A stretch of DNA of 64,000 nt, from NCBI GenBank assembly GCA_965220565.1, contig CBDCQG010000001.1:462030-526029 (forward strand). The letters run 5' to 3'. The notes beneath the pieces were generated by a model that was given only the letters and a program-made list of their open reading frames with translations, was not told the origin of the DNA and ran no database searches. The translations under genes and the position numbers were made by a program. Shown here piece after piece: positions 1 to 9,198 of this stretch (positions are counted from its first letter, which is position 1; the number at the start of each line of letters is the position of its first letter). This DNA is from Dehalococcoidia bacterium. GTDB taxonomy: Bacteria; Chloroflexota; Dehalococcoidia; UBA6926.

Positions 1-267
1 ACGAGGAACGGGCCAACCTCAAAGATCGTGGGGTCAATTCCAATGTTGATGGCGGCAAGAACGTTCAAGCTGTACTACCTCGCTGGTTAGAATCGGCCGG
101 GTCATGCGCCCTGCGGCTCCATACCCGTCCTCACTATTCTATGCCCCCGCCGTCACATCTGCGAGTCGGCGATCTGTGGCAACGGAGCGCCTTACCTATC
201 AGACTTTGTGATATTATTCTCTAGACGTGACGTAACACATCCATAACCAGTCAAAGGGACGGCCCGG

Positions 268-1212
268 ATGCTCGATCAACGCGTACGAGATTTCCTTGTG
301 TACCTCACTACTGTCAAAGGCTTCTCCGCCAACACGTCGGAGGCGTACCGCAGTGACATAACCCAGCTCACGGAGTGGCTCGCGACCCCGTCTGAGGGTC
401 TGGCGGCTCCGGAATCGTGGACTGATGTCTCACGTGACCATCTCCTCGAATTCATCAGCCACCTCAAGTCCCGGGAGTACGCCACCACCACCATCGCGCG
501 GAAGATTGCCGCCGTGAAGTCGTTCTTCTCCTATATGACCACACATGACCTCGTTGAATCCGATCCCTCTGAGGGACTCAGTTCACCAAAGGTGGGCAGG
601 GCGCTGCCGTCACCTCTCGGCGTCGATGAGGTCGAATCGCTCTTGAATCAGCCGAGAGGCAAATCAACGCCGGAGGCCATGCGCGCATCCGCCATGCTTG
701 AACTCCTGTATGCGACGGGAATGCGTGTCTCGGAACTCGTCTCCTTGAGCGTTGCGGACGTCAATCTCGATGAAGGTTATGTACGATGCCGTGGCAAGGG
801 GTACAAGGAGCGCATCATTCCCGTCTACCCGGAGGCCATCCGCGCCCTGCGCCTCTATATCGATGAAGCCCGACCACGGCTCCGCCGACGGCGTGACGAG
901 CCTGCGTTGTTCCTGAATCGACGCGGCAACCGCCTGACCCGGCAGGGCTTTTGGCTTCTCCTCAAGTCGCTTGCCGCCGAGGCCTGCATCACGCACAGCA
1001 TCACGCCGCACACCCTTCGCCATAGTTTCGCAACACACCTGCTGCGCGGCGGCGCTGCTCTCCGCCACGTCCAGGAGTTGCTCGGGCACTCAAGCATCTC
1101 CACCACCCAGATCTACACGCGCCTGGCCCATGACCAGCTGCGTGACGAGTACGACCGTGCCCATCCACGCGCCCGCTACGGCCGTGAGCGCGACGCCGTC
1201 ACCGCCGGATAG
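268..1212 (+). CDS. site-specific tyrosine recombinase, XerC/XerD family
   Basis: 314 aa; C-terminal catalytic motifs HTLRHSFATHLL ... LLGHSSISTTQIYT typical of XerC/XerD integrases. Confidence 0.85.
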   Translation: MLDQRVRDFLVYLTTVKGFSANTSEAYRSDITQLTEWLATPSEGLAAPESWTDVSRDHLLEFISHLKSREYATTTIARKIAAVKSFFSYMTTHDLVESDPSEGLSSPKVGRALPSPLGVDEVESLLNQPRGKSTPEAMRASAMLELLYATGMRVSELVSLSVADVNLDEGYVRCRGKGYKERIIPVYPEAIRALRLYIDEARPRLRRRRDEPALFLNRRGNRLTRQGFWLLLKSLAAEACITHSITPHTLRHSFATHLLRGGAALRHVQELLGHSSISTTQIYTRLAHDQLRDEYDRAHPRARYGRERDAVTAG

Positions 1213-1326
1213 CCTCTCCTGACAGCGTCGGCGCTCCTATCGCCTAAAGCGACACAGCATGGCATGATGGGGGCGTCCGCGAGGCGAGGCCGCACGCCGT
1301 AGGATTCGCGGTGGACTGGGGGTGCC

Positions 1327-2040
1327 ATGGCTGTTGTAGCGATTGCAGGGCAGATCGGCAGTGGCGGTCAGGATATCGGTCAGGAAGTCGCCAAAGAGCT
1401 TGAAGCTGAATTCGTCGATAACTTCCTCCTCAGCGAGGCTGCAAGCCGCACCGGTATGAGCATTGAAGAATGGGATGCGCGCGATATGCGCGTTGACAGC
1501 CTGACGGATCGCATCGCCCGCGTCTTCCAGACATTCATTCAGCGATCCGCTGCCAGCTACACCGCCGACCCGTACATGAGCGGCGAGCCGATCCTCTCAC
1601 GCACCTATGAACAGGCCGCCGCCGAGCCGCGCACTGATGAGCAGACGCTCGATGATCAGCGCTTCCTCGAGGTGACGACGGAGATCATCCAGGAGCTTGC
1701 CCGCCTGCCCAGGGTCGTCATCATCGGTCGGGGAGCGACGTATATCCTCAGGAACAGCCCCCGTGTCTTCAACGTCCTCGCGCTTGCGCCCCGTGACGCG
1801 CGCATTGAACGCTGGGCCAACCGGAACGGTTTGTCGGAGGACGCGGCGCGCAGGGAGGTCGACGATCAGGAACATCACCGGCAGGCGTTTCTGAGAAAAT
1901 TCTTCGGTGTCGATCCGTTCGATCCCAGCTGGTTTGATATGGTGCTCCGTGTCGATCGGCTCGATATCAAGCACTACGCGCAAATGGTCGCGACAGGCGC
2001 ACGCGCGCTGGACGAACAGCTGCTTTGCGACGACACTTAA
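1327..2040 (+). CDS. cytidylate kinase-like family P-loop protein
   Basis: 237 aa; N-terminal IAGQIGSGG P-loop, overall similarity to cytidylate-kinase-like/AAA family. Confidence 0.6.
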   Translation: MAVVAIAGQIGSGGQDIGQEVAKELEAEFVDNFLLSEAASRTGMSIEEWDARDMRVDSLTDRIARVFQTFIQRSAASYTADPYMSGEPILSRTYEQAAAEPRTDEQTLDDQRFLEVTTEIIQELARLPRVVIIGRGATYILRNSPRVFNVLALAPRDARIERWANRNGLSEDAARREVDDQEHHRQAFLRKFFGVDPFDPSWFDMVLRVDRLDIKHYAQMVATGARALDEQLLCDDT

Positions 2041-2084
2041 TGTGACCTCCAACGAAACGACGCAGGAATGGAGGAACGAAAGTA

Positions 2085-2477
2085 ATGCCTGGCAAACCAA
2101 GTAGAAAAGATAGAAAACGACGTGGCACTCCGGCTGAGCGTCGGCCCCGTCCGGCCCCGCCCGTTTCACCGGGACGCATCGTGAGGGCCGCGCGTGCCGG
2201 CACTCCTCCTCCTGCAGCACCTGAAGAGACTCGAACGACTGCGTCTGAGCCTGCCCCGGCGGTGCCGCAGCAAACGCCCTCAGCCGCGCAGACGGGTGTG
2301 CGGACACGAGGCAGGGGAGTCGGCGCGCTCCGACGCGGAGCGACGTCATCCGCACGCGCGCTTGACGCGCAGCGCGAAGAGCGGATCCGCCGTGATTCCA
2401 TCAAGGATCTTCGTTCCATCGGCCTCGCCGCCGTTGTCACCGCCGCCGCCCTTGTCGCTGCCGCATTCTTCCTCTAG
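2085..2477 (+). CDS. hypothetical Pro/Ala-rich protein with C-terminal transmembrane anchor
   Basis: 130 aa ORF preceded by GGAGG about 10 nt upstream of ATG; basic N-terminus, hydrophobic C-terminus (LAAVVTAAALVAAAFFL); antisense alternatives are junk. Confidence 0.35.
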   Translation: MPGKPSRKDRKRRGTPAERRPRPAPPVSPGRIVRAARAGTPPPAAPEETRTTASEPAPAVPQQTPSAAQTGVRTRGRGVGALRRGATSSARALDAQREERIRRDSIKDLRSIGLAAVVTAAALVAAAFFL

Positions 2478-2485
2478 CGCCCTCG

Positions 2486-2514
2486 CTGTCATTCTGAGCA
2501 CAGCGAAGAATCCC
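2486..2514. repeat. dispersed hairpin repeat, family 2 (GTCATTCTGAGCRCAGCGAAGAATC)
   Basis: near-identical copies at 44157-44185 and 55309-55340. Confidence 0.7.
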
Positions 2515-2555
2515 CCAACTCATACCATGTCGTGGCGCGATAGAATGAGCGCACG

Positions 2556-4499
2556 ATGAGTATTGATCTCGCCAAGGTCGCCCGCGGCCTGCCCACACAG
2601 CCCGGCGTCTACATCTTTCGTGACGCGCGCGGCAAGCCGATCTACGTCGGCAAGGCCGCCGTCCTCCGCAACCGCGTGCGTTCCTATTTCGGCTCGGACG
2701 CCCTGACGCCGGGAACCAAGGCATTCCAGATCGCTCAGCGCGCTTCCGACCTCGACTGCATCGTCACGACGACCGAGGCGGAGGCCCTGATCCTTGAGAA
2801 CACGCTCATCAAGCGCCACAAGCCGCGCTTCAACGTTCGCCTGAAAGACGACAAGACCTATCCCTATCTGAAGATCGACGTGCGTGAAGAATGGCCGCGC
2901 GTGTACATCACCCGGCGGATGCAGGACGACGGCGCTCGCTATTTCGGCCCGTACGCCAGCGCGTCGAGCGTCCGCAAGACCCTTGACCTGCTCAACAAGC
3001 TGTTCCCCTACCGCTCCTGCACCAAGGAGATTACGGGCACGGATCCGCGTCCGTGCCTTGATTACCACATCAAGCGCTGTCTCGGCCCCTGCATCGGCGC
3101 GGTATCCAACGAGGACTACCGCGAGGTCATCGGGCAGGTCTCCGCGTTCCTGGAGGGCAAGCAGGCCACCATCGCGAAGGACATCAAACGCAAGATGATG
3201 GACGCGTCCGACAGCCTTGAATATGAACGCGCAGCGTTCTTCCGCGACCAACTCAACGCCATCAACCGCGTCTCCGCTGAGCAGAAGGCCGTCTCCACGC
3301 ATGCCGTCGACGAGGACATCATCGCCATCGCCCGCGCCGGCAACGAGGCATGGGCGGAGGTGTTCTTCGTGCGCGGCGGACGGTTGCTGGAGCGCGACAA
3401 TTTCCTGCTGGACGGCACGCTCGGCGAAACGGACGGTGAGGTTCTTGCCGGGTTCATCAAGCAGTTCTACGTGAACAGCCCCGTCGTGCCGCCTCGTATC
3501 CTCACGCAGTCGCCCGTCGCGGACGGCCCTGCCATCACGGAATGGCTTGAGGAGCGACGAGAGGGCAGAAAAGTACGCCTCATCGTCCCGCAGCGCGGCG
3601 AACGCAAGAAGCTGCTGGAACTCGTTGCTGAAAACGCCCTGCAGGGCCTTGAGGCGCTGCGCATCAAAGTGCTCGCGGATGAGGCGGCGACGGAGACGGC
3701 GCTGGCGGAACTCAAGGAACAGCTCAACCTGCCGGAACTCCCGCGCCGCATTGAGTGCTACGACATATCCAACACGCAGGGAACGAACTCCGTCGCCTCC
3801 ATGGTTGTGTTCCAGGACGGGCAGCCGCTCAAGGACCACTACCGTCGTTTCAGGATAAAGACGGTGGAGGGCGCGAACGATTTCGCATCGCTGCAAGAGG
3901 TCATCCGGCGGCGATTCCGACGCTCCGGCGCGCTTGGCAGCGCCGCGCGCGGGCTTGCATCGACAGCCGAGGACGCCGAGGAGGTCATCGCGCAGTTCAA
4001 GTCGGCCCCGTCCCGCAGCAAGGACGAGCGTGATGCCAACAAGAAGGAAACGGCAGACGGCTCGTTCATGACGCTGCCTGACCTCGTGCTGATCGATGGC
4101 GGAAAAGGGCAGCTGAACGCCGTCGCTGAGGTGATGCGTGTTGAGCTGGGTCTTCACCAGATCCCGCTCGCGTCGTTGGCCAAGCAGGAGGAGGAGGTCT
4201 TCCTGCCGGAGATGGCGGAGTCGATCATGCTGCCGCGGACCTCGCCCGCCCTCTACCTTGTCCAGCGCGCCCGCGACGAGGCCCACCGCTTTGCCATCAC
4301 GTTCCATCGCGGCGTCCGCCAGAAGAAGGGGATGGAATCCATGCTGGACGCGGTGCCCGGCATCGGCCCGCGCCGCAAGCGCATGCTCATGCGCCACTTC
4401 GGCAGCCTTGACGCCATCCGTGAGGCTTCAATTGATGACTTGTCCGCCGCGCCTGGCATGACCAAACGCCTCGCCGAACGCGTCAAGGAATACGTGTAG
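2556..4499 (+). CDS. uvrC: excinuclease ABC subunit C
   Basis: 647 aa; N-terminal GIY-YIG motif (GVYIFRDARGKPIYVGKA...LRNRVRSYF), UvrC central and C-terminal HhH regions. Confidence 0.9.
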   Translation: MSIDLAKVARGLPTQPGVYIFRDARGKPIYVGKAAVLRNRVRSYFGSDALTPGTKAFQIAQRASDLDCIVTTTEAEALILENTLIKRHKPRFNVRLKDDKTYPYLKIDVREEWPRVYITRRMQDDGARYFGPYASASSVRKTLDLLNKLFPYRSCTKEITGTDPRPCLDYHIKRCLGPCIGAVSNEDYREVIGQVSAFLEGKQATIAKDIKRKMMDASDSLEYERAAFFRDQLNAINRVSAEQKAVSTHAVDEDIIAIARAGNEAWAEVFFVRGGRLLERDNFLLDGTLGETDGEVLAGFIKQFYVNSPVVPPRILTQSPVADGPAITEWLEERREGRKVRLIVPQRGERKKLLELVAENALQGLEALRIKVLADEAATETALAELKEQLNLPELPRRIECYDISNTQGTNSVASMVVFQDGQPLKDHYRRFRIKTVEGANDFASLQEVIRRRFRRSGALGSAARGLASTAEDAEEVIAQFKSAPSRSKDERDANKKETADGSFMTLPDLVLIDGGKGQLNAVAEVMRVELGLHQIPLASLAKQEEEVFLPEMAESIMLPRTSPALYLVQRARDEAHRFAITFHRGVRQKKGMESMLDAVPGIGPRRKRMLMRHFGSLDAIREASIDDLSAAPGMTKRLAERVKEYV

Positions 4500-4597
4500 A
4501 AGTCGTTCGCCCGCTCCTCTCCCTTTCCGTCCAGTACCGTATACTCAATGAGCGGCTGAGGATGGCCGCCACGTTCATTCCGGGGAGGGATTTCCAC

Positions 4598-5413
4598 ATG
4601 GCTGATTTTGAGACTGTTATCTACGAGGTTGGCGACGACGGAGTCGCGCAAGTCACCCTGAATCGACCGGAGCGCCGCAACGCGCTCAATCCGCAGTTGC
4701 TCCACGAACTCGAAGAAGTCTTCGATGCCGTTGAGAGCGACGACAATGTGCGCATCGCCGTTATCACGGGTGCAGGCCCCGCGTTCTGCGCGGGCTACGA
4801 CCTCACCCCGAACCAGGAGAGGCCGACCTATAGCGCGACGGAGCGCTGGGAGCACACCCATTGGCAGGCCATTCTCGTCTCGCGTCCGTGGTACTCCCGC
4901 GTGCCGTGGATCGCGGCGGTGGACGGTCCCGCGGCCGCGGCGGGCAATGTCCTCGCCATGAGCTGCGATCTTATTGTCGCCTCTGAGCGAGCGCAGTTCG
5001 GCGAACCGGAGATCCGCCATGTCGCGCACTCGCCCCACGTTCTGCTGCCGTTCATCACGAGCAATCGCCACCTGCGGGAGTTCTATTACACGGGTGATTT
5101 CATCGACGTGGAAACCGCTGAGAAGTGGGACCTGGTCAACAAGGTTGTTCCGGCGGGAGAGGCGCTCAACGAGGCGATGGCCATGGCGCGTCGCATCGCG
5201 CAGGTGCCGCCGTTCGCTCTCCAGATGATGAAGCGCTCCATCAACGCCGTCTATGACGCGCAGGGCTTCAAGAAGGGGCAGGACGAGCACCTCATGCTGC
5301 GCATGATTGAGTCGCTCACCCCTGACGTTCCCGAGCGTGAGCACCTCGGCAATGTGCGTGTTGAGCAGGGCATGAGAGCGTTCCTCGATGCGCGCGACGG
5401 CCCGTTCCGCTAG
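4598..5413 (+). CDS. enoyl-CoA hydratase/isomerase (crotonase) family protein
   Basis: ORF from 4562; ATG at 4598 preceded by GGAGGG; crotonase fold motifs (VITGAGPAFCAGYDL). Confidence 0.8.
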   Translation: MADFETVIYEVGDDGVAQVTLNRPERRNALNPQLLHELEEVFDAVESDDNVRIAVITGAGPAFCAGYDLTPNQERPTYSATERWEHTHWQAILVSRPWYSRVPWIAAVDGPAAAAGNVLAMSCDLIVASERAQFGEPEIRHVAHSPHVLLPFITSNRHLREFYYTGDFIDVETAEKWDLVNKVVPAGEALNEAMAMARRIAQVPPFALQMMKRSINAVYDAQGFKKGQDEHLMLRMIESLTPDVPEREHLGNVRVEQGMRAFLDARDGPFR

Positions 5414-5460
5414 GGCAGAGACGTAACCGGGACGAATTGGCTCGGTCGTGAGGCTGATGG

Positions 5461-6012
5461 ATGGCCGATAACCAGCAGGGCGGGCACCCGCCCATCATGC
5501 ACGGGCATGGTAAGGCAAAGTTCTGCCTGAACTGTGGCGACGAACTCGCTGAGCGTGAGATTGACGGCGCAATGCGTCTTGCATGCGATTCCTGTGGATA
5601 CGTCCACTACACGGATCCCAAGGTTGCCGTCGGCGTCTTGATCGGTGACGACGAGGGACGCGTGCTCCTCATGCAGCGCGCCCACCATCCCCGCAAAGAC
5701 CTGTGGTCGTATCCGGCGGGATTCGTCGATGCCGGTGAAAAGGTGGAAGACGCCGCGATCCGTGAGACGCAGGAAGAGGTCGGCGTCACCGTCGAATTGG
5801 ACGACTTGCTGGGGATCCATTCAGAGACGGGCAACCGCGTGATCCTCGTCGTGTATCAGGGACACATCGTGGAGGGTGAGCCAAAGCCGGGCGACGAGAG
5901 CCTGGCAGTCGAGTACTTTGGCCCCGACGAACTCCCGGACATGGCCTTTGAACGGGACATCAAGATTATCCGGGACTGGCATCAGCGATTCACCGTGGCC
6001 GCGCCGCACTGA
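5461..6012 (+). CDS. NUDIX hydrolase with N-terminal zinc-ribbon
   Basis: 183 aa; CLNCG...CDSCG zinc ribbon followed by Nudix box GFVDAGEKVEDAAIRETQEEVGV. Confidence 0.8.
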   Translation: MADNQQGGHPPIMHGHGKAKFCLNCGDELAEREIDGAMRLACDSCGYVHYTDPKVAVGVLIGDDEGRVLLMQRAHHPRKDLWSYPAGFVDAGEKVEDAAIRETQEEVGVTVELDDLLGIHSETGNRVILVVYQGHIVEGEPKPGDESLAVEYFGPDELPDMAFERDIKIIRDWHQRFTVAAPH

Positions 6013-6073
6013 CAGACAACATGTGAACGTGAGAGGATTGCAAGAGACCGGGGGATAAAGAAGGAGGGAAGAG

Positions 6074-6964
6074 ATGGCGGACTACGAGAACATCATCTAT
6101 GAACTGCGTGAAGCAGCAGGCGGCAACGTCGCCTACATCACGCTGAACCGCCCTGAGAGACTGAACGCGCTGAGTCGCGGCCTGCTCGCAGACCTCGGCG
6201 GCGCGCTTGAAGAGGCGGACAAGGACGAGACCGTCCGCTGCATCGTCATCAAGGGCGCAGGCCGGGCGTTCTCCGCGGGCTATGACATGAACGTGCAGTC
6301 AGAGGGCAACCTGCCGCGTGACGCCCTGACCATGATCACCAGCGACCACCCCACCACCATGTATCGCCGCTGGATCTGGAATAACCGCAAGCCGGTCATC
6401 GCGCAGTGCCACTCGTTCAGCCTCGCCGGCGGCGGCCAGCTGGCTTGCCACTGCGACATCACCATCGCGGCTGACGATGCGCTCTTCGGCTACCCGCCCG
6501 CGCGCTACGCCAGCGTGGCGACGTACATGATCTGGCCGGAACTGGTCGGCATGAAGAAGATGAAGCAGCTCGCTTTCACCGGCAACATGATGGACGCGCA
6601 GGAAGCGCTTCGCGTCGGCCTGGTAAGCGAGGTTGTCGCGCGAGATGAGCTTGACGATTATGTCTGGACGCTCGCCAACACCATCTCCAAGCTGCCGCCC
6701 GCATCCACGGAGCTCAACAAGCGCGCCATCAACTACTACTACGAGTCACAGGGCATGTTCCAGGCGTACGAGTACGCGGAGAACCTGATGTACGTGTCCT
6801 ACGCCTCCTCGCCGGAGGACTTGCCGAAGGGCCTGCAGGACGTGGATCGTGTGACGGCAGAGCAGGGGATGCGCGCCGGGTTCCAATACATGAACGACGC
6901 GTTCACCGAGGAAGATCAGGCCATCGCCGCCGAGCAGATGGCGCGCCCCAGCCGCGCGCCATAG
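6074..6964 (+). CDS. enoyl-CoA hydratase/isomerase family protein
   Basis: 296 aa; AAGGAGGG SD; crotonase motifs (VIKGAGRAFSAGYDM). Confidence 0.8.
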   Translation: MADYENIIYELREAAGGNVAYITLNRPERLNALSRGLLADLGGALEEADKDETVRCIVIKGAGRAFSAGYDMNVQSEGNLPRDALTMITSDHPTTMYRRWIWNNRKPVIAQCHSFSLAGGGQLACHCDITIAADDALFGYPPARYASVATYMIWPELVGMKKMKQLAFTGNMMDAQEALRVGLVSEVVARDELDDYVWTLANTISKLPPASTELNKRAINYYYESQGMFQAYEYAENLMYVSYASSPEDLPKGLQDVDRVTAEQGMRAGFQYMNDAFTEEDQAIAAEQMARPSRAP

Positions 6965-6988
6965 GGGTCCGCCTACACAGCCAAGAGA

Positions 6989-7020
6989 TAGAGGGGCGGG
7001 TCGCCGCTCGCCCCTCTATT
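6989..7020 (+). terminator. rho-independent terminator candidate
   Basis: GC-rich hairpin AGAGGGGCGGGTCGCCGCTCGCCCCTCT followed by ATTTA, 25 nt after stop of crotonase gene. Confidence 0.5.
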
Positions 7021-7194
7021 TACCCATGACGCCCACGCCTGCCGTGTGCTACATTGGGCGAACCGGGCGGTGCGCCGCGTCACGGCCATAACCCGGTGGG
7101 TGGGGTAGGTGAAGAGTACTCGTTTCGCGCGCCCCTGAAGAGACTCGTGATACATCGTCGTGCGCTGCACTGACGCTAAGGGAGGGAAATTGGC

Positions 7195-8208
7195 ATGAAG
7201 GCACTCGTCTTTGATGAGTACGGCGGCCCGGAAGTCCTCCAGTGGAAGGACATTGATGACCCCAAGCCCGGGCCGAATGACGTCGTGATTGAGGTTAAGG
7301 CTACGGCCATCAACTACAACGATGTCTGGGGACGCCGCGGAGCACCTATGGAGGTGGCTCTGCCCCACATATCCGGCAGTGACGCATCCGGCATCGTCGT
7401 TGACAAGGGCGCCGAGGTCACGTCGCATTCCATCGGTGACGAGGTTGTCGTCCACTGCGGCCGCCCGGCTTTCAACAATCGCACCGGGCAGGAGTGCAAC
7501 ATCTGGGGCTATGACTGGCCCGCGCTCGATGGCGCGCACGGCCAGTATGTGAGAGTTCCGGCGGAGAACGCCGTTCCCAAGCCCACCAATCTCACGCATG
7601 AAGAGGCCGCTTCATTCCCGCTTGTTCTCGTCACCACGTGGCGCAAGCTGGTTGAGAAGTCCAACATCAAGCCCGGCGACCACGTCCTCATCTGGGGCGC
7701 TGCGGGCGGTCTGGGCGTCATGGCCATCCAGATTGCGAGGCTGTTCCGGGCGCATCCGATCGCCGTTGCTTCCAGCGATGAGAAGCTGGAACTGTGCAAG
7801 GATCTCGGCGCGGAGTACCTGATCAACCGCAAGACGCAAGATGTCCGGCAAGAGATGCGCAACATTGTGGGGCGGCGCGGCGCAGAGATCGTTTTTGAAC
7901 ACCCCGGCCAGGCCACCATGGGCCTCAGCGTCCAGCTCGCCAGTTGGGGCGGCACCGTGGTCACCAGTGGCGCAACCAGCGGCTACGACTCCAACATCGA
8001 CCTGCGGCACATCTTCTTCCGACAGGTCAAGCTGGTTGGGTCCACCCTGGGTACGGTCCACCAGCTGCAGGACGCGCTGGACCAGGTGCAGGCAGGTCAC
8101 ATCAAGCCGGTTATCGACCGCGTCCTGCCCATGAAGGATGCAGGCGAAGGTCAGACCCTGCTTGAGACCGAGGCCGTGGCGGGCAAGGTTGTGCTTGTTC
8201 CCAACTAG
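7195..8208 (+). CDS. zinc-binding MDR-family alcohol dehydrogenase / quinone oxidoreductase-like
   Basis: 337 aa; GroES-like N-domain and Rossmann GAAGGLG; AGGGAGGG SD. Confidence 0.8.
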   Translation: MKALVFDEYGGPEVLQWKDIDDPKPGPNDVVIEVKATAINYNDVWGRRGAPMEVALPHISGSDASGIVVDKGAEVTSHSIGDEVVVHCGRPAFNNRTGQECNIWGYDWPALDGAHGQYVRVPAENAVPKPTNLTHEEAASFPLVLVTTWRKLVEKSNIKPGDHVLIWGAAGGLGVMAIQIARLFRAHPIAVASSDEKLELCKDLGAEYLINRKTQDVRQEMRNIVGRRGAEIVFEHPGQATMGLSVQLASWGGTVVTSGATSGYDSNIDLRHIFFRQVKLVGSTLGTVHQLQDALDQVQAGHIKPVIDRVLPMKDAGEGQTLLETEAVAGKVVLVPN

Positions 8209-8231
8209 ACCTCGAAAATACGGTCACGAAC

Positions 8232-8262
8232 AGGGGCGCCCGCAAAGGGCGCCCCTTTCATT
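8232..8262 (+). terminator. rho-independent terminator
   Basis: perfect hairpin AGGGGCGCC-CGCAAA-GGGCGCCCCT followed by TTTCATTTCC directly after MDR gene stop. Confidence 0.6.
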
Positions 8263-8296
8263 TCCCTCATGTCGGCGAGAATGAGAAACTGGGCGC

Positions 8297-9037
8297 ATGA
8301 AAGCCCCGGATAAACTCACCCGCGCCATCGTCCTGATCGATGGTCTTGACCCGCGTGCCGTTCTGCCCGCTGCGGGCCCTCATCCGGCGTTCAGGGACGT
8401 GAACGGCATGCCCGCTGCGGACGCGCTTCTCCGACATCTCGCAGAGCAGGGAATAACCGAGGTATGGCTCGTTTCCCGCGCCTTGCCGGGCATGGTCGTT
8501 CACTATTTTGGCGATGGAAGCCGGTGGGGAGTCAGGGCGACGCATATCCGGCAGGACGGCCCGCCCGGCTCAGGCGGCGCGCTCATGGCTGCCCGTCAGC
8601 ATATAACGGAATCAACGCTCGTTATCGACGGCGCTCTCGTCACGGATATCCGTCTCGGTGCCATGTATGATGTGCACCACTCCGCAGATGCAGATGTCAC
8701 CATGTGCCTGGCCGCTGAAGTAGAGGAAACGGCGGGGCTGCCCCGCGCGCAAACGGATTCCTCCTCTCGTTCCGTGCAACAGGTCCTGGTTGATCCGCCG
8801 TTCCCGGCCGACCCGCAGATTCTTGTCGGGGTCGGCGTCTACATCATCGAGCCGGAGACAGTGGAACCGCTGCAAGAGGCAGGAGTGAACGCGGATTGGG
8901 TGACGGATATCCTGCCCGTCCTGGCCCGGCAGAATCGCGTTCGGGGATGGCAGGCCAACCCGGGCGCCCAGTTCGATCTCCCGCGGCGTGTCCGGGTGCT
9001 GCATTCCCAGACCGGCCGCGCGCTTCCCACAATCTGA
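8297..9037 (+). CDS. nucleotidyltransferase-fold protein (sugar-phosphate NTP-transferase-like, signature degenerate)
   Basis: 246 aa; N-terminal AIVLIDGLDP in place of canonical LAGGxGTRL loop; overall GlmU/RmlA-like N-domain pattern. Confidence 0.5.
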   Translation: MKAPDKLTRAIVLIDGLDPRAVLPAAGPHPAFRDVNGMPAADALLRHLAEQGITEVWLVSRALPGMVVHYFGDGSRWGVRATHIRQDGPPGSGGALMAARQHITESTLVIDGALVTDIRLGAMYDVHHSADADVTMCLAAEVEETAGLPRAQTDSSSRSVQQVLVDPPFPADPQILVGVGVYIIEPETVEPLQEAGVNADWVTDILPVLARQNRVRGWQANPGAQFDLPRRVRVLHSQTGRALPTI

Positions 9038-9049
9038 ACGCCTGAGCGA

Positions 9050-9078
9050 TTGACCAGAGCGTCAAACGAGCTTATAAT
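9050..9078 (+). promoter_or_regulatory. sigma70-type promoter (TTGACC-N17-TATAAT)
   Basis: TTGACC 9050-9055, 17-nt spacer, TATAAT 9073-9078 in an AT-rich patch upstream of 9199 gene. Confidence 0.5.
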
Positions 9079-9126
9079 CCAAACTTGGTTCAAAACAAAT
9101 TTTAGGTTTCGTTTTGAATTTGGTGG
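9079..9126. promoter_or_regulatory. AT-rich imperfect palindrome (candidate operator) overlapping predicted transcription start
   Basis: CCAAACTTGGTTCAAAAC ... GTTTTGAATTTGGTGG; core arms TTCAAAAC (9089-9096) / GTTTTGAA (9111-9118). Confidence 0.4.
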
Positions 9127-9198
9127 CCCGGAGGGGCCAAAGCGCGGGATACGGGAGCGGTTGAGATAGTGGGCTGCGGCCCAAAGAGGAGTGGTGTC

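Noticed and set aside
2520-4397. 625-aa ORF antisense to uvrC (and similar long antisense ORFs: 1597..2355, 13509..14567, 21117..22214, 41463..42389, 50525..51715, 52031..52972)
   Set aside because: In a 65% GC genome stop codons are rare in non-coding frames. These ORFs have low-complexity Arg/Ala/Gly-rich translations with no motifs, and the opposite strand encodes well-conserved proteins.
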